Shown: in pieces, positions 37,596-49,722 of the stretch
Layout of the letters: each line of letters opens with the position of its first letter
How positions within the stretch are numbered: position 1 is the first letter of the stretch
Source of the DNA: Utricularia gibba
Taxonomy: Eukaryota; Plantae; Magnoliophyta
DNA length: 64,000 nucleotides
NCBI GenBank assembly: GCA_002189035.1
Contig: NEEC01000007.1
Span: forward strand, 992,001 to 1,056,000
Direction of reading: 5' to 3'
Translations under genes and position numbers: made by a program
The notes under the pieces: generated by a model
The model's database searches: none
What the model was told of the DNA's origin: nothing
What the model saw: the letters and a program-made list of their open reading frames with translations, nothing else

Positions 37596-38653
37596 CTAGT
37601 AGAGCCAGTGCCTCGTATCCTCCAGCCATCTCCTCCTGCCAACCAACAGTAACCCCATCAACAGAAGCATAATTTGAGATAACAGTACATGGGTGGCTTC
37701 CGCTTGTTTCATCCAAAGAGAGAATGTGATTACAGGCTCTAAAGAATGAATGCAAGAGGCTTTTGAATGAGTTGGGGTTTATTTTACCATTGACGGTCCC
37801 ATCTGGGGTGGATTTTGGACATGGGGCCGAAGGCGGCGGCGTGCGTCGTGGACCTCTGAGCATTCCTGAAAGCGCAGCAGCCGATGGTGTAGATGACGAT
37901 GAGGACGAGGACCATGACGATGTTGAGCACGGCCAGCTTGTGCCAGTCTCTGCGGACGTTCTCCAGCAGCCCCGCCTTGCACGAGTCGCAGTTGTAGCAG
38001 AGCACTGCCGCCGCGTTGTTCCACAGGTAGCAGTCCGGCTCCTGCGTCCCTGATCCGGCGGCGTAGTTGCACGACGTTGGTGGCTTGCAGCACCCCGACT
38101 GACACAAGAAGCCCAGTTATATTTCTTTGTTAAATGGAAAAAGGGGGATCTTGGGGAAAACCTGAAGAGGGGACATGTTCCTTGTCAGATAGTCATAAGG
38201 TGTCCACCTCACAATCTGATCACACATCTTGGAGCTTTGAACACAAGTTTTGAAGGCGGCCCAGTTTCTGGGATCAGAGATCCTCCTCCTCAGCCATAAA
38301 GAGTAGTCCCCCAGATGATACTCCCTGTAAGCTCTGCCTTGCACATCAACTCCTCCGCCAGGGCTCGTGATCACGAACCCGAAAACGACGAATCCCATCA
38401 GGGAAAAGATCACCAGAAGCATGATCACCAAGTAAATCCATAGCGCGCAAGCTATGTGGAAGCATGCTCCGATGAAGCCGGCGAGTGAAATTATCAAAAT
38501 CAGGAATCCTAGAACCAACAGAGGCGTTTGGAGGAAGCTTTGGCAGCTACCGCTGCTTCGCATCATCCATAGCCCGGCGCCGATGATCGGAATCGAGGAT
38601 ACGAGGGTGAAGAGATTGAGGAAGCCGATCAGGGTGTTGCTTAGACCATACAT
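37596..38653 (-). CDS. TET6: Tetraspanin, TET6-like; 3 exons
   Basis: MYGLSNTLIGFLNL..FLQTPLLVLG..LAGFIGACF, GGGVDVQGRAYREYHLGDY, Q|SGCCKPPTSC, CYNCDSCKAG and GCCAFRN. The C-tail PRWDRQW|RRWLEDTRHWLY* matches the TET6-type tail. Confidence 0.88.
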
Positions 38654-39130
38654 CTATAGCAGTTTTCTCTTCTTGTTCAATGGGAATTGCTTGATTCTGA
38701 GGATTGGTGTGTAGCTTTTGGTTAGTGGGTGTCTAAAGAGCTTTATACAAAACCGGTTTCCATACGGATGCTTTATGCTTTTCATATTTTCTCCAGCGGT
38801 TTCCTTTGGAAAAGTTTAGGGAAATTGATCTGTATCACTGCTAAGGCACTTCTTAGGGACTAAGGAACTGCTTTTGGTTTTTCGGGAGTAGTGCATGGGA
38901 AAAGCTTCAGACAAATTTCTTAGCTTCAGAAACCTGGTAGAAGGGAGATCTTTCTCTGTATTGCAAAAACACATTGGCTTTTTCAATATCTCAAAATGGA
39001 AATTATTATCATAAGCATACTTCAATAAAGTAACTGTCGCATACAGATCATTGGAAGAAAAGACTGGGGAATCAAATAACATGTGATAAGATTGGGGAAT
39101 CAAATAACCTTGAGAACTTCATCTCCGGTG

Positions 39131-40332
39131 TCACATCCCCCCTGCCACTGCCACCAGCTTTGAATCGACTGTCAACGAGTTGGGGATGAGGGTTGCAGAT
39201 TCAGTAAATCCGAGCTTCTTTTCTGCAAGAGCTTTCAGCCGATACCGTTCAGCCCTTGAACCGATGACCTGACCAAGAATTGATGCTCCAATTGTTAGTG
39301 CCATGGCTGTCTTAGGCATCAACACTGATTTCCTAAGCATGGCAATGAATGGAACCGCAGCATGAACTGCTGCAAACCATGAAGGTGAAAATTTTTCTGT
39401 GTGTTCCCTCCATATTCCGAGAGGTATATTAGCTGCCATCCCGAGAAGACCAATAACAAGAATTTTCGCAGGAAGAGGTTGGGGTCTCAGGTTTTTAGCA
39501 AAAGCAGTTTTAGCCAGAGCACTACGGGCAGCGACAATTGCTGGAGGGCATCTGAACTTCACTCCGGGTGGGGGCTGAAGAGCCTTGGCCACAAGAGGTA
39601 CGACATGGCTAACAGCCCGATAAGACTTAGCAATGGGACAGTTTCCACTCTGCAACCACTCATTGCTCATTGCTTCATGATCCGATTTCAATCCCTAAAG
39701 AAAGCAAGAATGTCTCATGAGATTCTGAAAACAAAATTCATAGTACACTTACGAAACAAGTACACCACTCAACTCGAAAAACACTTTCTTTGCCTGAATT
39801 TCAAAGACAGATACCTCAGAATGAGATTCCTTCTTTGAGGAATTTGATTTGTTATTAACTTTCTTCCATTTCTCGTGAAATGCATCAAATCCAAAAGGTC
39901 CACCAGGTCCAAAAGCAGAAAGACTGATAGTGGCAGCTTTTGCTGCTAAGGGATTGAAATGAACCGCTAATGGCTCTGGGGGAGCTTTTTCATCATGAGA
40001 AAATGAGGACCCAGAGAGAGGAACCACGCCATTTTGTCCATGGAATAGTCTGAAAGCTGTACCAAAATTGTATTCATCCTCGAAAATAGGACCTTTTCCA
40101 TCAGGAAACTACAAGGAACAGATAACAGAAGGCAGTGAGTATTGTGAAGAAAACGAAAAAATAATGGGATAAAATTTAGCCAAAGATCTTTTTAATGGAA
40201 AATAAGCTATGCAGTTACCGGAACTCGGGAAGCCACGGATGAAGAGAAGGATAAGTTAGTGGGTTCGTTGATGTTCCTCAAAAAAGGACATCTAATGATA
40301 TCCTGGTTGAATTGTTGGGAGCCCCTATCCAT
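39131..40332 (-). CDS. NHR2: NHR2A/NHR2B-like (At5g45410/At4g25030 type) protein; 3 coding exons
   Basis: IIRCPFLRNINEPTNLSFS, GKGPIFED, FRLFHGQNGVVPLS, FNPLAAKAATISLSAFGPGGPFGFD, HEAMSNEWLQSGNCPIAKSYRAV and WREHTEKFSPSWF. Confidence 0.82.
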
Positions 40333-41414
40333 GTCTCTAAGAATAAAATCCATTCCAGATGATGAACCTACTACACAAGATTCAAATCAACCTGCAAAGC
40401 CCAAATCATCAGCATTAGTATCTCAAGCGCTCAACCTCAAGAGCCATACCAAATGATCTTTCAACGAAATCATCCAATCCAACGAAAAGTCAAACCCACG
40501 AATCTACACAGCTCTGCTCGCTTTTACAATGCATTTCAAACAAGATTGAAACAACAACAACAACAACAGGGTTTTACCAATTAAATGATCATCCATCCAC
40601 AATCTAAAGCCATTCCCTTTTAAGCTTAACATAAAGGCAGCACAAAACAAGCAAATCACCAATTAAAATACAAAAATAATTCACACAGTATTGAGAAACA
40701 AATATCAGATCGCGCACCCTCAAAATCAACGAATAAAATCACGGTAGGTGCCTCGATCCTTCACACAAAATTGATCATTTTGACGAAAAGAAAAACGAAG
40801 GAAAGAAACAAAAGTCAAACCCACAATCCACGAACGAAATGAGACCTTACAAATGGCAAACCTCTCCAGCAGAGAAAAATGGAGATCGGTGCAGTAGGAA
40901 CAAAGGTTTTGAAAAGTGCGAGGTTGTCAAAGCAAAGCAGTTGTTGGTTTGGTTTGGTGCTGAAACGACGACGTTTCAGTGAAAAACCACGACTAGTCCA
41001 CGCGTTCATGTCCTCGGCATGTGGACGCCCAATGTGTTCGTCAAACCCTTCTAGAGACAATAAGAAAACTATTACTTTATTCAATTGTGACGTAAATATA
41101 TTAAAATATAATTTAATATTACATTTTATTATTTTAAAAGATTTATTTTCCTTCTTCACATTGCCAAAAGCTCTATCTACACGCAATCCAGTGATGTTGG
41201 CTTGGGCCGAAACTTGAGGCTGGCCCAAAAGTGAGCCTGCAAATGTTTTGTATTTGAATTGCGGGAAGGGGGGTTTTCTTTCTCGGCGGGATGCGCAATT
41301 TTCCGATGGCGCCATTATTTCCCGCCTCTGAGCGTATCTATAAAACAACCACGGCGCGCGCTTTGCTTTGTCAACTGCATTCTGTAATTCACCCGCAGAT
41401 TGTCGATTCCAGAA

Positions 41415-42176
41415 ATGGTTTTGTCTTTGGGTCCTGGGAAGTTCTATGGTGGCAGCCTTCCACGGCCACGGTTCTACGGTGATGTTCGGTTTAACGATCA
41501 GAGAGTAGATCCGCCGCTGCCGGCGATGGATCCGCTCATGGCTTGGGCACGCGAGGCTCATTGGTCCATGGGCGGTCTCGGGTCGGAGCGACACCGTCTC
41601 CAGGGCAAGATCGAGGGTAAAATAGGGAATTTGGTGAAGCGCAAGGAGAGGGAGAAGAGTTCCGAGAAGAAACCGTCCAAAATCTCCACTGCGTCTCCCT
41701 GGGAAGAAGATGAGGGGGTTTTACATTCTCCGTCGCCGCCTCTCTCTCCGGTTTCGATTAAGAGGCGTAGAGTCGTCGGTTTGGTGGATGAGGCGGAGGT
41801 GCCTAGGGTAAAGCGTGAAGCGAGGAAATTGGGGAATGAATTCGATCGATCTGCCAAGGATAGTGGCATGAGATCCGAAAGTCGCAGTACTACGAATAAA
41901 AACTCCGATCCGAATACGATGCAGGCAAAGAGGAAAAGGGGGAAACTGATAAAGGGAGGGAAGGTAGTGGGAGGTGCCTTAGTCGAGGCGGCCCGAGCGT
42001 CAGAAGTTCGCCGAGGTTGGCAAGACGTCGTTCTGCAACGTAGAGTATTTTCTCTGGCAAAGCATCCACCGACTGAAGCTTCTTCTTCGCCAGCCTTCTC
42101 CCGGAGCCTCGCCATCCGAAACAACGAAAGCTCGGCGATCTGTGCTCGTTCCTCAAAGAATCTAGGGTTTAACTAG
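41415..42176 (+). CDS. Conserved plant protein of unknown function (N-terminal MVLSLGPGKFYG..PRPR family), single exon
   Basis: MVLSLGPGKFYGGSLPRPRFYGDVRFNDQRVDPP..AWAREAHWSMGGL..RLQGKIEG is a motif I recognise from conserved uncharacterised plant proteins. A basic low-complexity tail follows. Confidence 0.75.
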   Translation: MVLSLGPGKFYGGSLPRPRFYGDVRFNDQRVDPPLPAMDPLMAWAREAHWSMGGLGSERHRLQGKIEGKIGNLVKRKEREKSSEKKPSKISTASPWEEDEGVLHSPSPPLSPVSIKRRRVVGLVDEAEVPRVKREARKLGNEFDRSAKDSGMRSESRSTTNKNSDPNTMQAKRKRGKLIKGGKVVGGALVEAARASEVRRGWQDVVLQRRVFSLAKHPPTEASSSPAFSRSLAIRNNESSAICARSSKNLGFN

Positions 42177-42930
42177 GGTTCCGGTTCCATCCCAGAATGA
42201 ATTGGAAAATCATTACCCCGAAGTGCTCGGGCCTTCCTGCAATTCTCAAGGCCCAAACGTGGTTCCAGGCCCGTACAAGCCCAATCCATAGAAACTTCGA
42301 AGCCACCTCCCACGTATCGGACGCGGCAGCCAGCGAGACAACAGTAGTGCACGCGTGCTGTAATCTTCCTGTTGGCAAGGGACTGCACTCTACCGCCAGT
42401 CGGCTCTTTCAAAAAATTGCTAGCGCCACTCTCCTTGATCCCTGGCAGTAATGTTTCTGCTTGTAGCCACAACCACCCAACAACCCCTTGAATCTGGGAC
42501 CATCCATATTCAATTACCCGAAAACAAGCACAAAAACTGCTTTACCTTCCATTCTAATAAATGTAATTGAATTCACCCCACTCGCGGGTCCCACATCGCC
42601 GCATGCTTTTTCCAGGGTGAATCCAATTAACCACCCGATAAAACTCAAGGCCCGGAATTTACCCAACGGTAAAAGAAGTCCGTCTTTTGTTGGTTAATTT
42701 GAAATTTGTATAGGTTTTTAAACAAATTCATTTTGATTTCGATAATTTTGCTTTACAACCAAATGGTAGGCTTTTGCAACTATAGGGCATTAGGGATTAA
42801 TTAAACATACTTTGTTTTAATTTGGATTTAATCATATAAACATTGGAATATGCACATTTCCTGAAGCAATTCATTCAGCGATTTTCTGCATGGAAAACTA
42901 AACTCAAAATCTACGAACTAATTACTGGGG

Positions 42931-44522
42931 TTAGCAATCTTCCAGAGGCTTGTCTGATATCCCATCGGAGGAACTCGGCGCCGCGGCGGCGGTTGCTGGA
43001 GAACTGGTGTTGGTGGTTGCTTTCTCTTTGCAGCTCATTTGCTGGGCTGTGAGAATCGGTTGACCAAACAAGACAAAAGCAGGGGCTCCGGGATCAGCTT
43101 CTTTCTTCCTGCAGATTTCTTCAACTTCCTCCGCCTCCGCCGCTGCCGGGGAATCATTGCATTTTATGGGAACCTGGGGTGGAAGCCCGAGGTGCGGATT
43201 CCTGTGTCGCTGTACGCCGGCTGCGGGAATGTTATCAGGGAAGCTACACAGAGGGCTGCTGGGACTCAGGGGATTGCCGATAAGCATCGGAAGATGAAGA
43301 GGAAACTCCAGTGAGTGATCCAGCAGTCGCGGACGCTTTACCACCGGAGGACGATGACCAATTTCAGGGATAACTGGATCTATTACAAGTTCAACTGCCC
43401 ATGGATTCACATGGTTTAGGTTTTGTAAGAAATCTGGCTCATCCCATGTTACCTACAAGTGAATTCAGTATCAATAACAGAGAAAAAGCTTCACTTGGGA
43501 GATGAATATACATTACAGATAGGGCACCTGAAGAAGTCTCCAGGGGGAATCAGGCCAATGGATTGGATCATGAATCCGAGGCGATGAAACAGTACCCATA
43601 AACCAACTTGTCCTCAGTGAATCCTCTGTTTCAAAAGCCATCTTAATTCTCATCCCAGAGCACCATTGGACAAACAGAGAAGCTCGTACAGTTGCAGCAG
43701 AGACCACGAACTCCGGTGTGCCGGCACGGGGATAATACACGATCTCGAAGGGTTGTCGATCCGTAGCCAGACGAACTGATTCCAGGACAGACTCAGCGCT
43801 TCTTCTTACGTGACCCCTTTTAACGGTGGTTCCAATATCACGAAGGAAATCAGGGAGCGCTGCTTTGTAAGAGGCCGGGTTAAGAAACGGAATCTCCTTC
43901 TTGGATCGTTTGATTCCTATATACAATTCCCCATTCTCCAATTTCACAAATACCACTGAATCGCCTGCAACAAGACGCTTCTTGTTCACGAAGGTGTTCC
44001 AACCGGTGGTTAATAGATGCCGCCGTGGGGTTCCTCTGTAAATGTGCCGGAATTTCCAAGTCACACTGTGGATATCCTTAGCCACAATGGTCTGAACTGG
44101 AGGTTCCACGGCGGTCCCCAACTTGGGAAAAATGGATTCAGCGCAGCATCTGGGAACAGATAAACCTCCCCATTGTTGGCATCCGATTGCGTTAACGTCT
44201 TCGAGAATGACTCCGTCTTCTTGTTTTCCCCATTTCCATCAAATGCAAGAACCCCATTACGGTCAACTGCGAAATCTAATTCACTCCCTCCAAAGGGGAT
44301 CAACCCAATTTCCGCATAAACCTCATCGTTCTCAGTATCTGCCAAATACCTAATGGAGGACACTGTACAAGGAACCAGCGGCCGAACCCTCGGAAAACCA
44401 CTGAAATCAACCTTCCCAAGAGCGTGCTCCGCGTGCCCTTGTGGGAAATAATACACCTTGGAGTTTTCCGGTGGAATCTGAGACACCCCACCGGCGCAGG
44501 CCGCCCACACCTCGGGATTCAT
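42931..44522 (-). CDS. ARF: Auxin response factor, ARF10/16/17 clade; lacks PB1 domain; intron 43453-43528; one apparent 1-bp frameshift at 44168-44171
   Basis: VWAACAGG..VYYFPQGHAEH, SFSKTLTQSDANNG, B3 domain KFRHIYRGTPRRHLLTTGW, YYPRAGTPEFVV, GMRIKMAFETEDSLRTSWFMGTV, LLQ|VTWDEPDLL and VLFGQPILT. The ORF stops at EDC*. Confidence 0.92.
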
Positions 44523-45319
44523 GTGTTCCCCCCGGCGAAGATAAAACTCTGCAGAAAACACCCCTCAAATCTCTAACAAAAAATCCAGAACCTGACCCAA
44601 TTGCTTTTCAAAATCCAACCCGAAAGTCAAATCAAAATAAATCTAAACTAGAAAGCCGGAAACAGAAGTGACACAAGAAAAAGAAACGAAAGGGCGGTCG
44701 TATTTATAGGGATACAATGCGCAAGAAAAACTGGTGACTGACATGGAAAGAGAACAGAAAAATGGGGACACGAGGGCAGGGAGAGTTTGAAAGTTACACG
44801 CATCGCTTTGGGGGAGGGAAACAGAGAGTTCACAGTTCAGAGTACCCCCAAGTCTACAGTACACACACAGTATCCAACCAGGTACGAAAACGAAGAACAG
44901 AAGCGACACCTGAAAGTTTCAGTCCTGCCGACCACAGGGTGGCACAGAGACTTACCCTGCCTTTGCCCGGTCCCCTATTTTATATACGGAAACATATTAT
45001 TCGTACATGAATAAAAATAAAAAATCGAATATTTGCTTCTTTTTTTATTACTAGAAAAATATTTGAAATACAAATAGAGATCTCTAATTTATTAAAATAT
45101 TATTTATTAATTTTTAATTATTGGAAAAATGCAAAGTCGTCATTGAGAATAAATACTACGTCGTTTTCATGACGGACCATTGGCACGCAAGAGTCACAAC
45201 CATTGTCCAGGTTCAAGATCATTAAGGTGGCCTTTTAGATGATTTTTATTAAAATAATATAATTATGGTTTAATAATCATTAATAGACTTCTAAGTTATT
45301 TAGTTGAATAATCGTTTTC

Positions 45320-45425
45320 AGAACTGGGCTTGATGGGCCATTAGGATAAAAATAATTAATTTATTTGGATTTAGATAAAAATAATAGAAAAGTAATTTAT
45401 GGGCTTAGGGGATCGGCCCAAGGTC
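45320..45425. promoter_or_regulatory. Site II elements in the divergent ARF/COX16 intergenic region
   Basis: TGGGCT, TGGGCC, TGGGCT and GGCCCA lie just upstream of the COX16 5' UTR. Confidence 0.5.
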
Positions 45426-46257
45426 AAATTCCCCTTGTACCGGTTTTTGGGACAAAAACTCTTCGGATCCGGGAGTGAGTTTTCCGGTGGAGAGTTCGAT
45501 GTTCGTACCGTTGCCGTGATTCCGGCAAGATCGGGACCTGAATTTCTCCAAAGGTAACATCGGCTTTTTACTCTTTTCGGTTTAAAATTTCGAAGGCCGG
45601 TGATAGAATTTAGTGCGCAGAAGGTGGGGTTTGTGTTCCATGTGTATTGTGTCGTTTACATGTGAACGCCAAACCCTGAACTTATCGAACTCGTGTGAAA
45701 GTTTCGGTGTTCTGCTTTGTAAGACATGGTTTGGAAGGTTTTCGTTCGTCTGGCTTGCACTATTTGGTTAGGAACTGGAATTCGGGAATAAGATTCCCGA
45801 GCACTCAACCCCATCAGCACTTTTTGAAAGACAAATTAGAGTATGAATGAGGAAAATCTTGGTTGTAATGAAAAAGTGAACGAGGATTGGTTTCTTTTTT
45901 TTCGCAGTCTCGACCCTCTACTAGAAAAACTTGGGTTCTTGAATTTGAAGGGATGTTTGGAATCGTTGTCTCTTATCTTGAATTAAACTTCCACTTCTGT
46001 TGCATCTTGTCATGCATGTTGAGATCCAGAGAAATTGTTTTCGCAGTCTAGACCCTCTACTGCATTCTGAAGCTGGCACTCTACTAAAAAACAAACCTTT
46101 TAATGGATCTGAAGGGCTTCGTTATTCTTCGGATTTTCTGGTCGTTGGTGTTTACAAATCTAGCACTCCTGTCCACATTTAGAATTTCATTCATTCATTC
46201 TTTTTTTTTCCCGTGGTTTGAGGTTAGGTTACTGTACGCGGACATGGTCTTCGTGCC

Positions 46258-46844
46258 ATGGCGGCAGAATCATCAAAAGACGTAGGCAATCAACAAAGGT
46301 TTTCCATTGTTAGATTTCAACCATCAGCGTTGCAGTATAAACGATGGGGCAGGAAGTCGCCTTTTGTTAGATACGGTCTTCCCATGATCTCGCTCACTGT
46401 TCTTGGAGCTCTTGGGCTTGGCCATCTATTGCAAGGAAGGTTAGCTTTTTTTTTTTTCTATTAGCTGTTGTAAGTCCCTGTGTTCATTGTTCATCCTCCA
46501 CAAATTACGTGAAGATGTTCCTTCGGTTTGATTGTGTGAATATTAATTCAGCAAGGACATTGCAAAAGCTAAGGATGACATCGAGTGGGAAATTATTGAA
46601 TCACAAGAAGCTCTGTCAAGAACTGGGCCTGTTGGTGCATACAAACCAAAGAAGCTATCATTGGAGGAAGAGCTGACGGTAACTTCGTCGCTTTTTCGTA
46701 CTCCGCATGTAGTTTGAAGACACCTCATGTGCAAGAAAATTGCATTTTACCACCACCTTATCTCTTTCACAGGCCCTGCAACAAAAGGTTGACATAGATA
46801 ACTATGAATTCAAGAAAATACCGAAGCCAGGGTTAGGAAAATGA
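46258..46844 (+). CDS. COX16: Cytochrome c oxidase assembly protein COX16; 3 coding exons
   Basis: [33 protein letters not shown]|[37 protein letters not shown]|[19 protein letters not shown]. Confidence 0.9.
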
Positions 46845-47438
46845 AGGCTTGCAGTTGAGCTTCGGCAGGCTGAAATTGCACCAGAAACAATGAGATGTTG
46901 TCCACGATCAGCGAACCACAAATATTACCAATTCGTTGGTCTACTCAACGAACTCAATCCACTTTTCGGTGAGAACTAACATTTTTGTTCTGGTTTTAAC
47001 AATTGTAAACTCTCGATTTGCAAGGTTGAATAAGTTAATAGTATAGTTACAAGCCATTGCCATCAAGAAAGCCTTTTTCCCCTTGTAGCCTGTTTTGATG
47101 CTCAGTTGCAAATAAGAACATCAGTTAGCTGAAAAGTTTTTTTTTTGCTTTATGATGAAACCATCCGAGACAATAGTGTTGATATTTACTATAAATAAAC
47201 TTATGCAGGATACTACTAACATCCACTAGGAAATCAGAGAAAAGATACAAGTCCATATACCCTCCTCTCCACAGCACCACCAACAATTACATTACTACTC
47301 TTTCCCCCTTCTCCAGCAGTATACCTCCATTACCATTTATTCCATGGAAAGACAACCCAACGACGCGTGTGGAAAAGGTAGGTTGGGTGGTCATTGGATA
47401 ACTGCTACAAATGATGCACGCTTTTTTCTGCATAGTTT

Positions 47439-49722
47439 CTAACCTGGCTTTGATCTTGACCCAAATGACCAGTGAGGTAGCAGAAGTCTTTGAGACGAAG
47501 AGCCGCCCAGTGAGGCGGCTTGAGAACGAGTAACCATCTCGACCATGGACGGGGTTTGATAGGACTGAACAAGGCTTGAAAAATCAGTAGAATCGCCTCT
47601 AGCTGTTGCCCTCTGCCAAGAATGTGAACTTAGTCCGGATAAAATGTATGCTCTTCCGGATGCTTCATAAACATTTCTGCTCGCCATTCTCTCCTGCATT
47701 TCCTTGAGCTCAGCATCAAGGGAAATGCAGAGCCTGTCATGTGATTTAGCTGAAACAGAGCTACCTATAACCCTTCGAATGTTTTCCAGTATGGAGACTG
47801 CACCAGCCATGTCTCCACTTTCAGCAGCAGCATTGGCTTGTGTCATAGCCTCTGCAGCTTGGATCCTGTTCCTTTGTCTATCCACTTCAATTGACACGCC
47901 CTGTTCCAAACGGACGTCGGTTCTCCCAATTCGAATGTCTCCACTTTCCACAGTCACCGGCAGCATTGTCAGCGGATCAGCATACACACATCTGACTCTC
48001 AGAAGGTATGTCTCATTATCCAGTGTTTCTTTAGGAATGTTTATGGAGATCAAGAAGTCCCTTTCTTCATCTGCATATAGATTTCCAACATCAATAATTC
48101 CTATACGTTGATTGGATAGGATACGGTTTGGGTAACTTCCCACTTTCATAGAAATAATATGGATTGCAGGGTGGCCACACTCAACTGTGACGGTCAAATC
48201 CTTCACCACAACACTCAGCAACCCTCCAATGCACTGAGCAAATGCATCCTGGATTACTGCTTCAGTCTCGATGAAGGAAAAGGTTCCTCCAGATATCTCA
48301 GATATTGTGTGCATCGCTGTTGGATCATGATCAGCTCCAAAGCCAAATGTATGAACGGGGATCTTGAAGCCCAATCTCTCACCTGATCGAACAGATAAGG
48401 GAAGAAGCAGCTCATAATTTGGTGAGTTGGTGCTCACAGGATTGTTGACAGTGTAAGTGTCTTGGCCGTCAGACAACAAGATTATGCTAGCAATTGGATT
48501 TTTTTCTTTCCTCTCTTCTATAATCTTGGCCCCCTTTCTCAAGCCTTCAGCAATATTAGTTCCTCCACTGGCAACAAGTGAGTTAACTGCTTGCAGGGCT
48601 TGCTGCCTCCCAGTTTCTGACATTCGACGCAGGGGGAAGATGCGGCGAGCTGTTGAAGAGAATGAGATCACGGCCAGCCTATCATTGAGGCCAAGATTCT
48701 GTATCACAAATCCCATTGCACGCTTCAGCAGTGCAAGCTTTGTCCCGGCCATGCTTCCGCTGGTATCAAGAACAGTGACAAGATCAACAGGAGCACGAGA
48801 CTTCTGAGACATGTTAGGAAACTGCAAATTGTTGCTGCTGGTGCTGAGCCACGAATTGGAACTCGGAGCCTTCAAATTAAGCAACACACTAAAGCTGTCA
48901 ACTTGGCTTGTTTTAGGAACAGTTGCAACTTCAGTGAATGTCCCAATACTGATCTTTCTCCGATCATGTAAGTCCTTCAGACCAGTTCCTGCAGAATCAG
49001 TTTTACGTTCTAGCGGCTCATCATCATCATATGTCACAGGCTCTGCGACTTGCAGTGCAGATGGCATATTCCTGCTTGAATTTGAACGAGGTGGCATTCG
49101 GCGGATAAACGTTATGACAGCATCGTCTTGAGCTCGATTCATGCCGGTGATCCTTCCCTCTTGCAATGGAGATCCATTACAAGGGCCTTGTAGGGGAACA
49201 TCCTTCCACTTTGCTCTGCAAACAGGGCATATTTTGTTTCCATGCTTCACGTTTGAAGTAATACATTGGAAATGAAAGGTGTGTGAGCATTCTGCCGTAA
49301 ATATGGCTTGCCCATTTCCAGGTCTCATTGATGTCAAGCATATAGAGCATATCTTCTGAAGAACACACGGAGAACATGTCAGAGAACAATCATCTTATGA
49401 AATGAAGAAACCCAAAATTGTTTCTTTTTTGCCTTCAAGCTACAAGTTCACATTCCAGAACAGAATCTCCGATACATCTCACATGTCAACAGAGGCAATA
49501 AGCAAGAAACCTAGATAAAGAGAGAGGAGAAAGGAAAACGACCTTTGAAGAGGATCTATCGGAGCTTTTGGAAGCTGACAGCGGCCCGTAGGATGAAAAG
49601 TCGGTCGCCTGAGACAACAAGGCGGCTTCCGACGGTGGCAAGGAGTGATACTCGTTATTGCTTCCGGTGAGACACCTATTCAACCCGAGTGCAGCCCTGA
49701 TTTTTCTCCATTTATCGCCCAT
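47439..49722 (-). CDS. RING-H2 + von Willebrand A domain E3 ligase (WAV3/WAVH/At5g60710 type); one intron (~49355-49542)
   Basis: CSICLTSMRPGNGQAIFTAECSHTFHFQCI..CPVCRAKW, RAPVDLVTVLDTSGSMAGTKL, IILLSDGQD and SGLSSHSWQRATARG. Confidence 0.92.

Noticed and set aside
41558-42124. 188-aa antisense ORF, and similar long antisense ORFs over the KCS, vWA, tetraspanin and patatin genes
   Set aside because: These are shadow ORFs opposite genuine coding sequence, with no recognisable motifs.
42588-42598. snRNA gene downstream of the USE motif
   Set aside because: There is no correctly spaced TATA box and the downstream sequence does not resemble U1-U6, U3 or 7SL.
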